Origin: Acidobacteriota bacterium
Lineage (GTDB): Bacteria > Acidobacteriota > UBA6911
Assembly (NCBI GenBank): GCA_963664705.1
Contig: OY761556.1
Coordinates: 224,001 to 288,000 of the forward strand
DNA length: 64,000 nt
Direction: 5' to 3'
The position numbers and the translations under genes were made by a program. Of this stretch, positions 9,282-19,218 are shown one piece after another. Position 1 is the stretch's first letter. The number at the start of each line of letters is the position of its first letter. The notes beneath the pieces were generated by a model that worked only from the letters and a program-made list of their open reading frames with translations, was not told the origin of the DNA and made no database searches.

Positions 9282-9312
9282 ATTGACGATTTACGATTTG
9301 CGATTGACGATT
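9282..9312. repeat. Heptamer tandem array overlapping the rdgB 3' end
   Basis: ATTGACG ATTTACG ATTTGCG ATTGACG ATT. Confidence 0.8.
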
Positions 9313-9884
9313 CTGCTGATAAAAGCCGCAACGGCACGGGCGCGATGGCTGTGCGCATTCTTTTCTACCTGTGATAATTCCGCGTAGGTTTTCCCGAGCT
9401 CCGGAAAGAAAAATACCGGATCATAGCCGAATCCATTATTGCCGCGCGGTTCCTTCGCTATGATCCCGCAGCATTCACCTTCTGCCTCCAGAACCAGCTG
9501 GCCTTCCTTTGCGCACGCAAGCGCACAGACGAACCTGGCATTCCGGAGTCCGCTCAGCTGCTCGAGTTCGTCCAGGAGCTTGCGGATTCGATCTGCATCG
9601 GATGCGCCCGTGCCCGCGTAGCGCGCCGAGTAGATGCCAGGCCTGCCCCCAAGCGCTTCCACTTCAAGACCGGAGTCATCCGCAAGAACCGGAAATGGAG
9701 TCAATTGGGAATAGGCCAGGGCTTTGATTCGGGCATTTTCAGCGAAGGTACTGCCTGTTTCCTCGCATTCCGCATCGATGGAGAGATCGGCCAGACTCAA
9801 TATACTGCAGGGCAGGGGAATCAGAAGCTCCCTGAATTCCCGCAATTTCCCCTTGTTTTTTGTAGCAATAACAAGCGTGTCCAT
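9291..9884 (-). CDS. rdgB: Non-canonical purine NTP pyrophosphatase
   Basis: ATKNKGKLRE, EETGSTFAENA, ADDSGL, GFGYDPVF, SHRARA. Confidence 0.95.
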   Translation of the reverse strand: MDTLVIATKNKGKLREFRELLIPLPCSILSLADLSIDAECEETGSTFAENARIKALAYSQLTPFPVLADDSGLEVEALGGRPGIYSARYAGTGASDADRIRKLLDELEQLSGLRNARFVCALACAKEGQLVLEAEGECCGIIAKEPRGNNGFGYDPVFFFPELGKTYAELSQVEKNAHSHRARAVAAFISRIVNRKS

Positions 9885-9958
9885 AATTCGCTCTACATCT
9901 TGGAGATTACTCGTAAAACACTGGGACTGCAGTGCTCCCGGCAGCGATCCCGGGAGTC

Positions 9959-10711
9959 TTACTTCAGCAAAGGGAAGAGGCGTTTGAGGTCCATCCGAGA
10001 CTCAAGCGCCGACCGCTGCAGTTGCACCAGTTGCTGGATTCCCTGAGCCCCCAGTTTCTGCAGTTCGATAAGCTGTTCGCCCGAGAATGGCGTTTTTTCG
10101 GCTGTGCCCTGGACTTCCACGTATCGTCCCTGTCCGGTCATTACCAGGTTCATATCTACTTCAGCTTTCGAGTCTTCCTTGTAGTCAAGATCCAGGCAGG
10201 CTGCGCCGTCAAAGATTCCAACAGAGATAGCGGCGACATAGTCCTGGAGAGGCGAAGCCGGAAGCATTTTTCTGTCCATCAGCCGGATGATGGCAGACGT
10301 CAGGGCCAGGAATCCGCCCGTGATGGAAGCGGTTCGCGTGCCGCCATCTGCCTGGATGACATCGCAATCAATTAGAAAAGTGCGGGTGCCGAGAAGCGAG
10401 GGATTGACAACCGAACGAAGCGACCGCCCAATGAGCCGCTGAATTTCCACGGTACGGCCGGTCTGTTTGCCGCGTGCCGCTTCCCTGGCCGTTCGAGTGT
10501 TCGTTGCGCCCGGCAGCATACCGTATTCGGCTGTGATCCATCCCTGGTTCATGTGATTGAGAAAGGGTGGAACTTTATCCTCGACCGTGCAGGTGCACAA
10601 AACTCGTGTGTCCCCGATGCTGATTTGAACGGATCCCTGGGGATGCCTGGTGTAGTCCATTTCGATGCGAGTTTCCCGCATCTGGTCGAAATTGCGCCCG
10701 CTTGGTCTCAT
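9959..10711 (-). CDS. rph: Ribonuclease PH
   Basis: MRPSGR..., [43 protein letters not shown]; start reassigned to ATG 10711. Confidence 0.96.
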   Translation of the reverse strand: MRPSGRNFDQMRETRIEMDYTRHPQGSVQISIGDTRVLCTCTVEDKVPPFLNHMNQGWITAEYGMLPGATNTRTAREAARGKQTGRTVEIQRLIGRSLRSVVNPSLLGTRTFLIDCDVIQADGGTRTASITGGFLALTSAIIRLMDRKMLPASPLQDYVAAISVGIFDGAACLDLDYKEDSKAEVDMNLVMTGQGRYVEVQGTAEKTPFSGEQLIELQKLGAQGIQQLVQLQRSALESRMDLKRLFPLLK

Positions 10712-10845
10712 AGAAATCTCCTTACCTCCGGCAAAAAAAAAGAACGCACATTCTATCAGTGGCGATAAGAGAAATGAAAGGATGTAAACCAGAAGAATGC
10801 AGGTCACAGGCATTGCTTTTGCAATCCGATTCTCCTAGCATACAA

Positions 10846-11571
10846 ATGATGAATACTTATTTTTTCGGCGGTCCGAGCACAAAGACTGTTAAGGCTCTAA
10901 TTATTGTAAATATTGGTGTTTTCGTTCTCCAGACGCTATTTCACCTTCTGGGGAGCAACGTCATTGATCTCTATTTCGGACTGGTTCCCATCCGCGTCAC
11001 CGAAGGGTACATGTTATGGCAATTGGTGACGTACATGTTCCTCCACGGCGGTGTCTTCCATATCTTCTTTAACATGTTGACCCTTTTCATGTTCGGGAAT
11101 GAGTTGGAACGATACTGGGGAACCTACCGATTCCTGAACTACTATTTTATTACCGGAATCGGTGCGGGAATCTGCTCCTGGGCTGTTGCCCCGCACAGTT
11201 TCGCCGTCGTGATCGGCGCTTCCGGTGCTATTTACGGACTTCTCCTTGCCTATGGCCTGACCTATCCTAATCGCATTGTCTATGTGAACTTCCTGCTTCC
11301 TCTGAAAGTCAAATGGCTGGTCATCATCATGGGCGCGATGGCCTTTTTCTCCTCGATTGGCGGGACGGAACCCGGCATCGCCAGTATTGCCCACCTCGGC
11401 GGCATGGTTGTGGGTTACCTCGTTCTGAAGGGAAAAGACTGGTATGACAAATACCGGTATTTCGATGAACAGAGGCACCGTGAGCAGCTCAAACGCCAGT
11501 TTGAGGTTTATTACGGCGACGTCCGACGCAAGGTCGAGGACGATAAGAAAAAAGGCCCAACAATCCATTAA
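10846..11571 (+). CDS. Rhomboid family intramembrane serine protease
   Basis: WQLVTYMFLHG, HIFFNM, GASG catalytic Ser, AHLGG catalytic His. Confidence 0.93.
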   Translation: MMNTYFFGGPSTKTVKALIIVNIGVFVLQTLFHLLGSNVIDLYFGLVPIRVTEGYMLWQLVTYMFLHGGVFHIFFNMLTLFMFGNELERYWGTYRFLNYYFITGIGAGICSWAVAPHSFAVVIGASGAIYGLLLAYGLTYPNRIVYVNFLLPLKVKWLVIIMGAMAFFSSIGGTEPGIASIAHLGGMVVGYLVLKGKDWYDKYRYFDEQRHREQLKRQFEVYYGDVRRKVEDDKKKGPTIH

Positions 11572-11610
11572 ATGACGAATTACGAATGACGAATGACGAA
11601 TTACGAATGC
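11571..11610 (+). repeat. Left heptamer array of the four-helix-bundle cassette
   Basis: AATGACG AATTACG AATGACG AATGACG AATTACG AATGC, starting in the rhomboid stop codon. Confidence 0.92.
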
Positions 11611-11698
11611 AAAGCACTGCTAATATTTTTGTCCTTCCCGCCTGAAAATTCCCATGAAAAAAAATGGCTCAAAAAGAGGCCATACCAATTAGATCAGC

Positions 11699-12052
11699 AT
11701 GGGAGCAGAACCGCTTAGGAAAAGGACGCAGGCATTCGCCTTTGCGATAATTCAGTTTGTTCAGACAATTCCGGACCGGGGCCCCGCACGTGTCATCGGC
11801 CAGCAACTTGTGCGTTGTGGTACATCGGTGGGTGCCAATTTCCGGGCGGCTTGTCGCGCGCGATCGCATCCTGATTTTATTGCCAAGCTTAAGATTGTTG
11901 AAGAGGAGTGTGATGAGTCCATCTATTGGCTGGAATTATTGGCAGACTTGAACCTGAGCAATGGAGGCATGCTTCAGAAGCTAACTTTGGAAGCCAACGA
12001 AATTTTGGCCATAATCGTAGCATCCATCAAGACCGCCCGCAAAAACTCCTGA
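11699..12052 (+). CDS. Four helix bundle protein (23S rRNA IVS protein / Avd-like fold)
   Basis: LRKRTQAFA...QLVRCGTSVGANFRAACRARS..DFIAKLKIVEEECDESIYWLELL...EANEILAI. Confidence 0.92.
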   Translation: MGAEPLRKRTQAFAFAIIQFVQTIPDRGPARVIGQQLVRCGTSVGANFRAACRARSHPDFIAKLKIVEEECDESIYWLELLADLNLSNGGMLQKLTLEANEILAIIVASIKTARKNS

Positions 12053-12104
12053 TTCGTCACTCTTCATTCCCAATTCCCAATTCGTAATTCGTAATTCGTA
12101 ATTC
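12052..12104 (-). repeat. Right heptamer array, inverted relative to 11571-11610
   Basis: ATTCGTC ACTCTTC ATTCCCA ATTCCCA ATTCGTA ATTCGTA ATTCGTA ATTC; ATTCGTA/ATTCGTC are reverse complements of the left units. Confidence 0.92.
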
Positions 12105-14280
12105 AGAACGATGGTCCGACGGAAATGTAGAAGCTGAAGCGTCCACCTTCGGCCCAGCCTCCGGTTGCCCGGACCGGGCCAAGAATCGTGTCCACGGCAA
12201 GCCCAAGTCCTGCGCCGCTTATATAACCGAAATTGTATGGATGCCGCGGTTCAATGCTGGAGTCCATTCCGTTATAGGTTCCGACAACATAGCCTCGGCG
12301 GACGAGGCTGAATGGCCTCGAAAAGATCAGCCTGCGGTAACTGGCGGATACGATAGCCATTTGCCGAACCGGGAACTCGTCCCGACGCAGCCCCAGGAAT
12401 GGAATCGATGCTGCTTGCGAAGCCGAAGATCCTCCTACGAAGAAAAGGTCGTAAAACGGGACTGTGCCGTGGGAATACCCCAGGTTGGCGTTGATCTGAA
12501 TTGTCGACTGAGGCGAAAAGGAAATGGAGCGCTGATAATCCATAGTCCACTTGGAATAGTCCAGGTCGCTGCCCAGCGATGGGCTCCGTTTATCAATTTG
12601 AAGACGCAGTGCCATGCCGCGGCGGGGGAAATCGCGGGAATCGAGTGTGTCGCGGTTCAACCTGAATGTAAGTCCTGCGAGCCTCTGCGAGCCGGCCAGC
12701 CGGTTCGGGTCCTGGCCCCCATCGATTCTCACGCGCTCATATCGGAATCCTCCGGCAATTTCCATCTGCTTGAAAAAGGATCCGCCGATCATCAGGCGTC
12801 CGGCTTCACGCTTTTCCGTGAATCGGTCGACGATCTGCCGATCGCGCATGTCCAGACGTTCAAGGCGAAGTACTTCGATTCTGGGTTCCAGAAACAGGAA
12901 AGGGGCTTTGGCGGGGATGAGTCGCAGGGAGGCTACGTGATTTTCCAGGCCGCCGAATTGAGTCGAGAGAGTTGCGGTGGAAGGGGAGTGGAATAATTGC
13001 CGGGCGGTGAATTCGGCAAGGGCTACGAAGGTATAGTCGTTGTCGTAGCGCAGGCCCGCGCCCAGCGCCTTCAAAGGCGTTTCCTTCACGACATAAATGA
13101 GTTCGTATCGATTGCCGGGCAGCGGTTCCAGCGAATAGGCAACACTCTCAAACAGCCGCGTGGCGTACAACCGCCCGACATCCTTGCCGATTGCAGCCGA
13201 ATCCACGGTATCCCCCGGGTGTACATGGATGCTTGGCATGAGTTGTGACGCCGGAATGTGTGCGAGTCCCCGGAAGGATACGGATGAGATAGCGGGCTGT
13301 ACTACCATTGGGGATGGTGGCGGAGAAGGCGGCGCCGCCACATTGGCAGTCAAGGCCCGGATTTCCTCCAAATGCTTTTTTACTTCTTCTTCGCCGCGTG
13401 AAATGATGGTCGAGATTTTGTCATAGTCCGCATAGGTCAGATTCTGAAGCTTCGGTTGCAGTACGATGGTTGCCAGTTTCCGGTTTTCGCGAACGTTCCT
13501 TTCCATCTGCAGACTGATCGATTGATCGACGACATCCAGAAAATTGCGAATCATGTCCTTCTGCTGCAACGGGGTCGTCGTATCGACGGCGATGATGATG
13601 TCAGCGCCAAGATCGCGCGCAATGTCGGTGGGAAGATTATCGACCAGTCCGCCATCCGCGAGGAGCATGTCATCCTTTTCAAGCGGCGTGAAAAGAAGTG
13701 GAATGGCCATGGAGGCTCGGAGTGCTTCCGTCAGTGATCCTTTTTGGAATACATAGGCATTTCCATTCACAAGGTTCGTGGCAACTGCGCGGAATTGGAT
13801 TGGAAGGCGGTCGAAGTCATAGCCGGCCCGGAGCATCCGGCTGTTGGTTAGGATATCCAATTCCTCCGTCAGCCGTTGACCTCCTCGAAATCCGGTAGGC
13901 AACTCAGGGTTCCAGCCTCGGAAATATACCTGGGCCTGGTAGCGGGAGTTCCTTCGTTCAAGAAGGGGGGTGAGCCGTCGCTCCGGGGCATCGCTGAAAA
14001 TGGTTGTCCAATCCTGACCGGACAATACACGTTCAATCTCATCGGTCGAATAGCCGATGGCATACAGACCGCCGGCCAGGGCGCCAAAGCTGGTGCCCGT
14101 GATGCAGTGGATGGGGATATGCTCCCGCTCCAATGCCCGCAGTACTCCAATATGCGCGGCGCCACGCGCACCTCCGCCGCTCAGGACCAGGGCAACTTTG
14201 TGTTTCTGTTGCGCGATTCCGGAAACGGGAGGGAAGAGGCTGATAACTGCAATAGAAAAAATAAGATAGAGGTGCTTCAT
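12103..14280 (-). CDS. Patatin-like phospholipase with POTRA and Omp85 barrel (PlpD / type Vd-like)
   Basis: Signal peptide; GGGARG, GTSFG nucleophile, DGGL; POTRA-like segment; barrel ending ...FYISVGPSF. Confidence 0.88.
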   Translation of the reverse strand: MKHLYLIFSIAVISLFPPVSGIAQQKHKVALVLSGGGARGAAHIGVLRALEREHIPIHCITGTSFGALAGGLYAIGYSTDEIERVLSGQDWTTIFSDAPERRLTPLLERRNSRYQAQVYFRGWNPELPTGFRGGQRLTEELDILTNSRMLRAGYDFDRLPIQFRAVATNLVNGNAYVFQKGSLTEALRASMAIPLLFTPLEKDDMLLADGGLVDNLPTDIARDLGADIIIAVDTTTPLQQKDMIRNFLDVVDQSISLQMERNVRENRKLATIVLQPKLQNLTYADYDKISTIISRGEEEVKKHLEEIRALTANVAAPPSPPPSPMVVQPAISSVSFRGLAHIPASQLMPSIHVHPGDTVDSAAIGKDVGRLYATRLFESVAYSLEPLPGNRYELIYVVKETPLKALGAGLRYDNDYTFVALAEFTARQLFHSPSTATLSTQFGGLENHVASLRLIPAKAPFLFLEPRIEVLRLERLDMRDRQIVDRFTEKREAGRLMIGGSFFKQMEIAGGFRYERVRIDGGQDPNRLAGSQRLAGLTFRLNRDTLDSRDFPRRGMALRLQIDKRSPSLGSDLDYSKWTMDYQRSISFSPQSTIQINANLGYSHGTVPFYDLFFVGGSSASQAASIPFLGLRRDEFPVRQMAIVSASYRRLIFSRPFSLVRRGYVVGTYNGMDSSIEPRHPYNFGYISGAGLGLAVDTILGPVRATGGWAEGGRFSFYISVGPSF

Positions 14281-14318
14281 TGCATGCTTCCTATTTATTT
14301 CAATACATTATCATGAAG

Positions 14319-14353
14319 ATTGGAAATTTGAGATTAGAGATTGCCAATTTAAC
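14319..14353. repeat. Degenerate one-sided heptamer array
   Basis: ATTGGAA ATTTGAG ATTAGAG ATTGCCA ATTTAAC. Confidence 0.5.
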
Positions 14354-14513
14354 GAGGGCCTAACAGTTTCAACGACGCTCTTTGTCTTATGCCGTTCCCA
14401 ATCAAATGGAGTAACATGATAGGGAGTTGGACGTAATACTACTCAAATGGAATAGTTGTCTTTAACAGGAGCACTGGAACAATAATCCTTGTCAAAGGAG
14501 GAAGGTTTATCCG

Positions 14514-14981
14514 ATGAAAAGCAAAATACTTTTGATTGGGGCAGTCGTATTGCTGGTAGTTGCAGCTGCTTATGCTGCCGATGTTACCGGCAAATGGGTG
14601 GCGGAAATGCAGGGGAGAAACGGCACGACCCAAACCACATTCGACCTTAAAGCGGATGGGGCAAAGCTGACTGGAACCATGCAGGGTGCCCAGGGAGATC
14701 CTGTGGCAATCCAGGATGGCAAAATTGATGGTGATAACATTTCGTTTGTTGCCGTACGCAAAATGGGCGAAATGGAAATGAAGACGACCTGGAAAGGAAA
14801 AGTTACCGGCGATCAAATCAGCTTCACGCGGGAATTCCAGATGCCGGCCGGCGGTATGGGTGGTCCTGGCGGCGGTCCCGGTGGCGGTGGTATGGGCGGC
14901 CCCGGCGGTGGTGGCATGGGCGGTCCCGGCGGTGGTATGGGCGGTCCTCCACCCGCAATCATTGCAAAAAGAGTGAAATAA
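14514..14981 (+). CDS. Secreted small beta-rich protein with Gly/Pro/Met repeat (GGMGGPGG)n
   Basis: AAGGAGG upstream; signal peptide ending AYA; ADVTGKW...LTG...GKIDGDNISF; low-complexity repeat at about 14850-14948. Confidence 0.8.
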   Translation: MKSKILLIGAVVLLVVAAAYAADVTGKWVAEMQGRNGTTQTTFDLKADGAKLTGTMQGAQGDPVAIQDGKIDGDNISFVAVRKMGEMEMKTTWKGKVTGDQISFTREFQMPAGGMGGPGGGPGGGGMGGPGGGGMGGPGGGMGGPPPAIIAKRVK

Positions 14982-15050
14982 CCCAAACGCAGGAATGGCA
15001 GGCGACCGGGTGGTTCTGCCACCCGGGCCGACCTGCAGCCGGGATTTATC

Positions 15051-15755
15051 ATGACAAAAATGGTATTGCTGGCGATGATCTCCCTGGGCCTTTTGGCGGG
15101 TTTTACAATGACCAATCCGGGGGATCAGCCTGCTGGCGATGCCGCCCTCTCCGATGCCCGCGTTCGCCGGGCTATTGATACGCACCGCCAATCCTGGGAA
15201 GGAATGAACGTCCCTGAAGCGGACGGGAAAGCCCTCTACGATATCATCATCCGGAACGGATATAAGAACGCGCTCGAAATCGGCACATCAAACGGCTATT
15301 CAGGTATGTGGATCAGCTGGGCCCTGTCCAAGACAGGAGGAAAGCTGATTACCATTGAGATCGATCGCGGTCGGCACGAAGAGGCGCTGGCAGGTTTTCG
15401 TGAGGCAGGCCTTTCCAAGTTTATTGATGCCAGGCTTGGAGATGCGCATGAGATTGTCCCTTCACTGGCAGGTTCTTTCGATTTCGTATTCTGCGACGCC
15501 GATAAAGAATGGTACGAAAACTATCTGAAAGCCGTCCTGCCGAAACTGGCCGTCGGTGGTTGTTTTGCCGCCCACAATGTCTATGATTATTCTTCGGCTG
15601 GAGGGGGACGGAGCAGGGGTGGTTTTCGTCGGGGGTATGGCGGTATGACCGGGGGATATCTTGACTTTGCCAAAAGTCTCCCGAATCTCGACACCGGCGT
15701 ATTAGATATTCCGGGCTCTGGCGGGCTGGCGGTCAGCTACAAGAAATCAAAGTAG
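15051..15755 (+). CDS. SAM-dependent O-methyltransferase (COMT/CCoAOMT-like)
   Basis: LEIGTSNGYSG, TIEID, GDA, FDFVFCDADK, GG..AAHN. Confidence 0.88.
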   Translation: MTKMVLLAMISLGLLAGFTMTNPGDQPAGDAALSDARVRRAIDTHRQSWEGMNVPEADGKALYDIIIRNGYKNALEIGTSNGYSGMWISWALSKTGGKLITIEIDRGRHEEALAGFREAGLSKFIDARLGDAHEIVPSLAGSFDFVFCDADKEWYENYLKAVLPKLAVGGCFAAHNVYDYSSAGGGRSRGGFRRGYGGMTGGYLDFAKSLPNLDTGVLDIPGSGGLAVSYKKSK

Positions 15756-15818
15756 GACTCGAAGCCGGCAGCGGCAGTCGTTGTACAAGCCGACTGCACA
15801 CTGCCGAATGCTGGAGGG

Positions 15819-16958
15819 TTACTCGGCGCGACGACGTTTGAATGCGGGTTCGTCCAGATTCTCTTTTAGCTGAAAATCAATCCCTTTGGATTCATTTGGA
15901 GTCAGCGGAATGACATTGTTTCCGCGGGTGTGTTCGCTGGCGCCCTTTGCCCTCTCGTTCGTATTTTGATTGAATCCGGTTGCAATGACCGTGATTTTGA
16001 TGCGATCGCCCATTCTCTCATCGTAGACGGCTCCAAAGATCGTGTCTTCAGCGCCGGCGATTTCCTCGATGATCTTGGCTGCCGCATCCACTTCGTGCAA
16101 CCGAAGGCTTTCACGGGTGGCCGTGATGTTGATCAGGACCCCGCGTGCTCCGCGGATTGAAGTTTCTTCGAGCAGCGGGCTGGAGATCGCTCTTTGGGCG
16201 GCTTCGATCGCGCGGTTTTGTCCTTCAGCCATCCCGGTGCCCATGAGCGCCATTCCTTTGCCGGCCATGGTAGTGCGCACGTCTGCGAAGTCGACATTGA
16301 CGATGCCGGGCAGCGTGATGATGTCCGAGATCCCCTGGACGGCCTGGCACAGCACATCATCTGCATAACGAAAGGAATCTTCCAGTAGCGCTTCCGGTCC
16401 CATGGCTGCGAGGAGTCTTTCGTTCGGAATTGTGATGAGGGTGTCCACCACTTCCTTGAGTTCATGAATCCCCTCGTCGGCGTGCAATCCCCTCTTCTTG
16501 CCTTCGAAGCTGAATGGTTTTGTTACCACTCCGACGGTCAGCGCTCCCAGTTCGGTGGCGAGGCTGGCAATAATGGGTGCTGCGCCGGTTCCGGTTCCGC
16601 CGCCCATGCCGGCGGTCACAAACACCATATCCGCCCCGTCCAGCAATTCGATGATGCGTTCCGTATCTTCAAGCGCCGCCTGTCTTCCTCTTTCGGGAAT
16701 TGCGCCGCAACCAAGTCCGTTTGTAAGCTTGGATCCGATCTGCAGCTTGATGGGTGCAATGGAATTCCGGAGTGCCTGGATGTCGGTGTTGGCCGCGATA
16801 AATTCAACGCCTCCGATTTTCGCCTGAATCATGCGGTTTACGGCATTTCCGCCGGCACCGCCGATTCCGATTACTTTGATTTTTGCAGGAGGCTGTCGAT
16901 CTTCCTCGAATCTGAACTCCACCGCTTCCTCTTCGAACCGCAGTTTCTCCGTTTGCAT
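15819..16958 (-). CDS. ftsZ: Cell division GTPase FtsZ
   Basis: [24 protein letters not shown] tubulin signature, NVDFADV, C-terminal LDEPAFKRR. Confidence 0.98.
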   Translation of the reverse strand: MQTEKLRFEEEAVEFRFEEDRQPPAKIKVIGIGGAGGNAVNRMIQAKIGGVEFIAANTDIQALRNSIAPIKLQIGSKLTNGLGCGAIPERGRQAALEDTERIIELLDGADMVFVTAGMGGGTGTGAAPIIASLATELGALTVGVVTKPFSFEGKKRGLHADEGIHELKEVVDTLITIPNERLLAAMGPEALLEDSFRYADDVLCQAVQGISDIITLPGIVNVDFADVRTTMAGKGMALMGTGMAEGQNRAIEAAQRAISSPLLEETSIRGARGVLINITATRESLRLHEVDAAAKIIEEIAGAEDTIFGAVYDERMGDRIKITVIATGFNQNTNERAKGASEHTRGNNVIPLTPNESKGIDFQLKENLDEPAFKRRRAE

Positions 16959-17022
16959 CACTTCCTCCTCTTTGCTGCCCTTTGTATTCAAGTTAATTGC
17001 GGGATGTATCCTTCATCCTGCG

Positions 17023-18249
17023 TTAATTTCCTGCCCACTGCAAAATGCGTGAAAAAAATACCGGTGTATTGCTTGTTTTTCCGGTGGTCTTCTTCCGATA
17101 CCCGGCCTCTTCCGCACCGCAGAGGATGAGGCCGATCGCCGTTGCGTATACCGGATGTGAGAGTTCGTCTGAAAGCCCTCGGATTCCCAACGGCAAGCCT
17201 TGCCGGACAGGCATTCCCAGCGTTTCTTCAGCCAGTTCCAGCATGCCGTCCAGCATGCTCCCTCCGCCGGTAAGCACCGCACCGGCAATCAGGCGCTCAT
17301 TGCCGACTGCCTGGGATATCTGATCTCTTACCAGTTCCAGCAGTTCCACCGCCCTGTCTCTCAGAATTTCGCAGACGTATTTGCGAGATACCGATCTGTA
17401 TGGCCGCGTCCCGATGCCTGGGACGTCCACCGTTTCTCCCTCCTGAACTCTTTCGGTTAATACGGTGCCGCTATCTTTCTTAATGCGGTCGGCCTCCTCG
17501 AGCGGCGTATGCAGCCCAATGGCAAGGTCTCGGCTGAAATGTGTGCCTCCCACCGGCAACACCCGCGTGAACTGGACAGCGTTTCGCATGAAAACGGCAA
17601 TGTCCGTTGTCCCGCCGCCGATATCAATGACGACGGTGCCAAGCTCTCGCTCATCCTTTGTGAGGACTGCCTCAGCGCTGGCCAATTGCTGGAGGATTAC
17701 CTTCTTGACTCGCATTTGAGCCCGATTCACTGCGTTGATCAGATTCTGGTTCAGTGCGCTATGGCACGTCACAACGTGAATATTCACATCCAGGCGGGAA
17801 CCGTAAAGTCCTACCGGATTTTGTATGCCGCCCTGATCGTCGAGGAAGTACTCCTGCGGCAGGATGTGAATTATCTCGCGGTCGGGCGGAATCGGCACCG
17901 ATTGAGCGGCGCGGATAACCTGGTCCATAGCCTCCGAGGTGACTTCCTGGTGGTTCCCTTCAATTGTGATGGCACCATGGGAATTAAAGCTCTGGAAATG
18001 ATCGCCGGAAGCGCCCACGATAACCCAATCGACGGACACACTGGATTTGAGCTCTGCCTCATCCCGGGCTTTTCGTATGGAAGCCGCCGCCTCTTCCAGG
18101 TCCACTACCACTCCCTTTTTCAGGCCGCTCGAGTTGGCATAGCCCGTGCTCAACACTTCGAGGCTTCCATCTTTCTGAGCCCGTGCAATCATCATGCAGA
18201 TCTTTGTCGTTCCGACATCAAGACCACATATAATCCGATCTTTTTTCAC
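17023..18249 (-). CDS. ftsA: Cell division protein FtsA
   Basis: GLDVGTTKI, GLKKGVVVD, IDIGGGTTDIA, LTGGGS; GTG start at 18249. Confidence 0.97.
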   Translation of the reverse strand: MKKDRIICGLDVGTTKICMMIARAQKDGSLEVLSTGYANSSGLKKGVVVDLEEAAASIRKARDEAELKSSVSVDWVIVGASGDHFQSFNSHGAITIEGNHQEVTSEAMDQVIRAAQSVPIPPDREIIHILPQEYFLDDQGGIQNPVGLYGSRLDVNIHVVTCHSALNQNLINAVNRAQMRVKKVILQQLASAEAVLTKDERELGTVVIDIGGGTTDIAVFMRNAVQFTRVLPVGGTHFSRDLAIGLHTPLEEADRIKKDSGTVLTERVQEGETVDVPGIGTRPYRSVSRKYVCEILRDRAVELLELVRDQISQAVGNERLIAGAVLTGGGSMLDGMLELAEETLGMPVRQGLPLGIRGLSDELSHPVYATAIGLILCGAEEAGYRKKTTGKTSNTPVFFSRILQWAGN

Positions 18250-18259
18250 CTGTTCGCCT

Positions 18260-19180
18260 TTACGTCTTTGTTTTGTTTCCCGTGCCCGCGCGCCTCGGAC
18301 GATAAATAATGTTGCCCTCAACTCGCAGATCTATCGATTCTATTTCGGAGTATTGATTCTTCAATTCCTGGTATTGCTGCATGTTTGTCATCAGTGTGCT
18401 GAAGCGCTTCTGGTAGTCTTTCTCGCCCAGGAAAACCTCGGCCGTATCGTCTACCAGCAGAATCTTCAGGTTGTCCGGATCGGAAATATCCACTTCAGAA
18501 ATCTTCTTTGCTTCAGCCGGCGATCCGGCCTCGATTTCGGAGAGCATTTGAAGCCCTCTCCGGATGCGTGTTGAGTTTTCCGCCTGGTACAGCAGGTAGT
18601 CTTCTGCATCCTTTCCCATCACACCCTTGAATACGGGTACGTCCAGCTTCCCGTATTTGGGATCGTACCGATCGAGCATGATCCCATCCTGATCCGCAAT
18701 CATCAGTTCGCCATGAAACTCAATGATGGCAGACGGCGTACGTTCCTGCACGTAAATGATGAGATCCGAGGGTAGAATGCGGCGGATTTCCACTCGTTTT
18801 ACCCACGGTTCTTTTTCAAGACGTGCTCTCAGTCGATAGAGGTCAATGCGTAGAACATTGACGGGGAAGTTTTTCCGGACAACCGATTCCAGCGCCGTTG
18901 GATTGGATGCCTTGCAGCCGTGGAACGTGACCTTGCGAAGATCGAACTTGTCGGATGTATAGGCATACACAAACACCGAGAGCAGGCAGAATACAAGCAG
19001 CATGAAGGCGCCAAGTTTGCCGATGGTTTTGAGCGCGGTGACAAGGCGGCGTCCTGCGATGTGTCCTTTTCCCAGCTTGTTCGTCGCCTTCTTGTGTGCA
19101 TGCCGGGACGAATCCGGCGGGACAATTCTGGCGCTCGTAGCTTCACGCGGTTTGCTGGTCGTCTTGATTTCCATTTGCAA
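18260..19180 (-). CDS. ftsQ: Cell division protein FtsQ/DivIB
   Basis: Single TM segment, POTRA (PWVKRVEIRRILPSDLIIYVQERTP), IDLR near the C-terminus; position in the dcw cluster. Confidence 0.9.
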   Translation of the reverse strand: MQMEIKTTSKPREATSARIVPPDSSRHAHKKATNKLGKGHIAGRRLVTALKTIGKLGAFMLLVFCLLSVFVYAYTSDKFDLRKVTFHGCKASNPTALESVVRKNFPVNVLRIDLYRLRARLEKEPWVKRVEIRRILPSDLIIYVQERTPSAIIEFHGELMIADQDGIMLDRYDPKYGKLDVPVFKGVMGKDAEDYLLYQAENSTRIRRGLQMLSEIEAGSPAEAKKISEVDISDPDNLKILLVDDTAEVFLGEKDYQKRFSTLMTNMQQYQELKNQYSEIESIDLRVEGNIIYRPRRAGTGNKTKT

Positions 19181-19218
19181 TCACTTCTCCGGGTGCGCCG
19201 CGCAGGGCGGGTCCGGGT

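Noticed and set aside
11571-12104. Possible CRISPR array or diversity-generating retroelement
   Set aside because: The repeats are 7-nt tandem units without spacers; no cas genes, reverse transcriptase or TR/VR pair was seen in the window.
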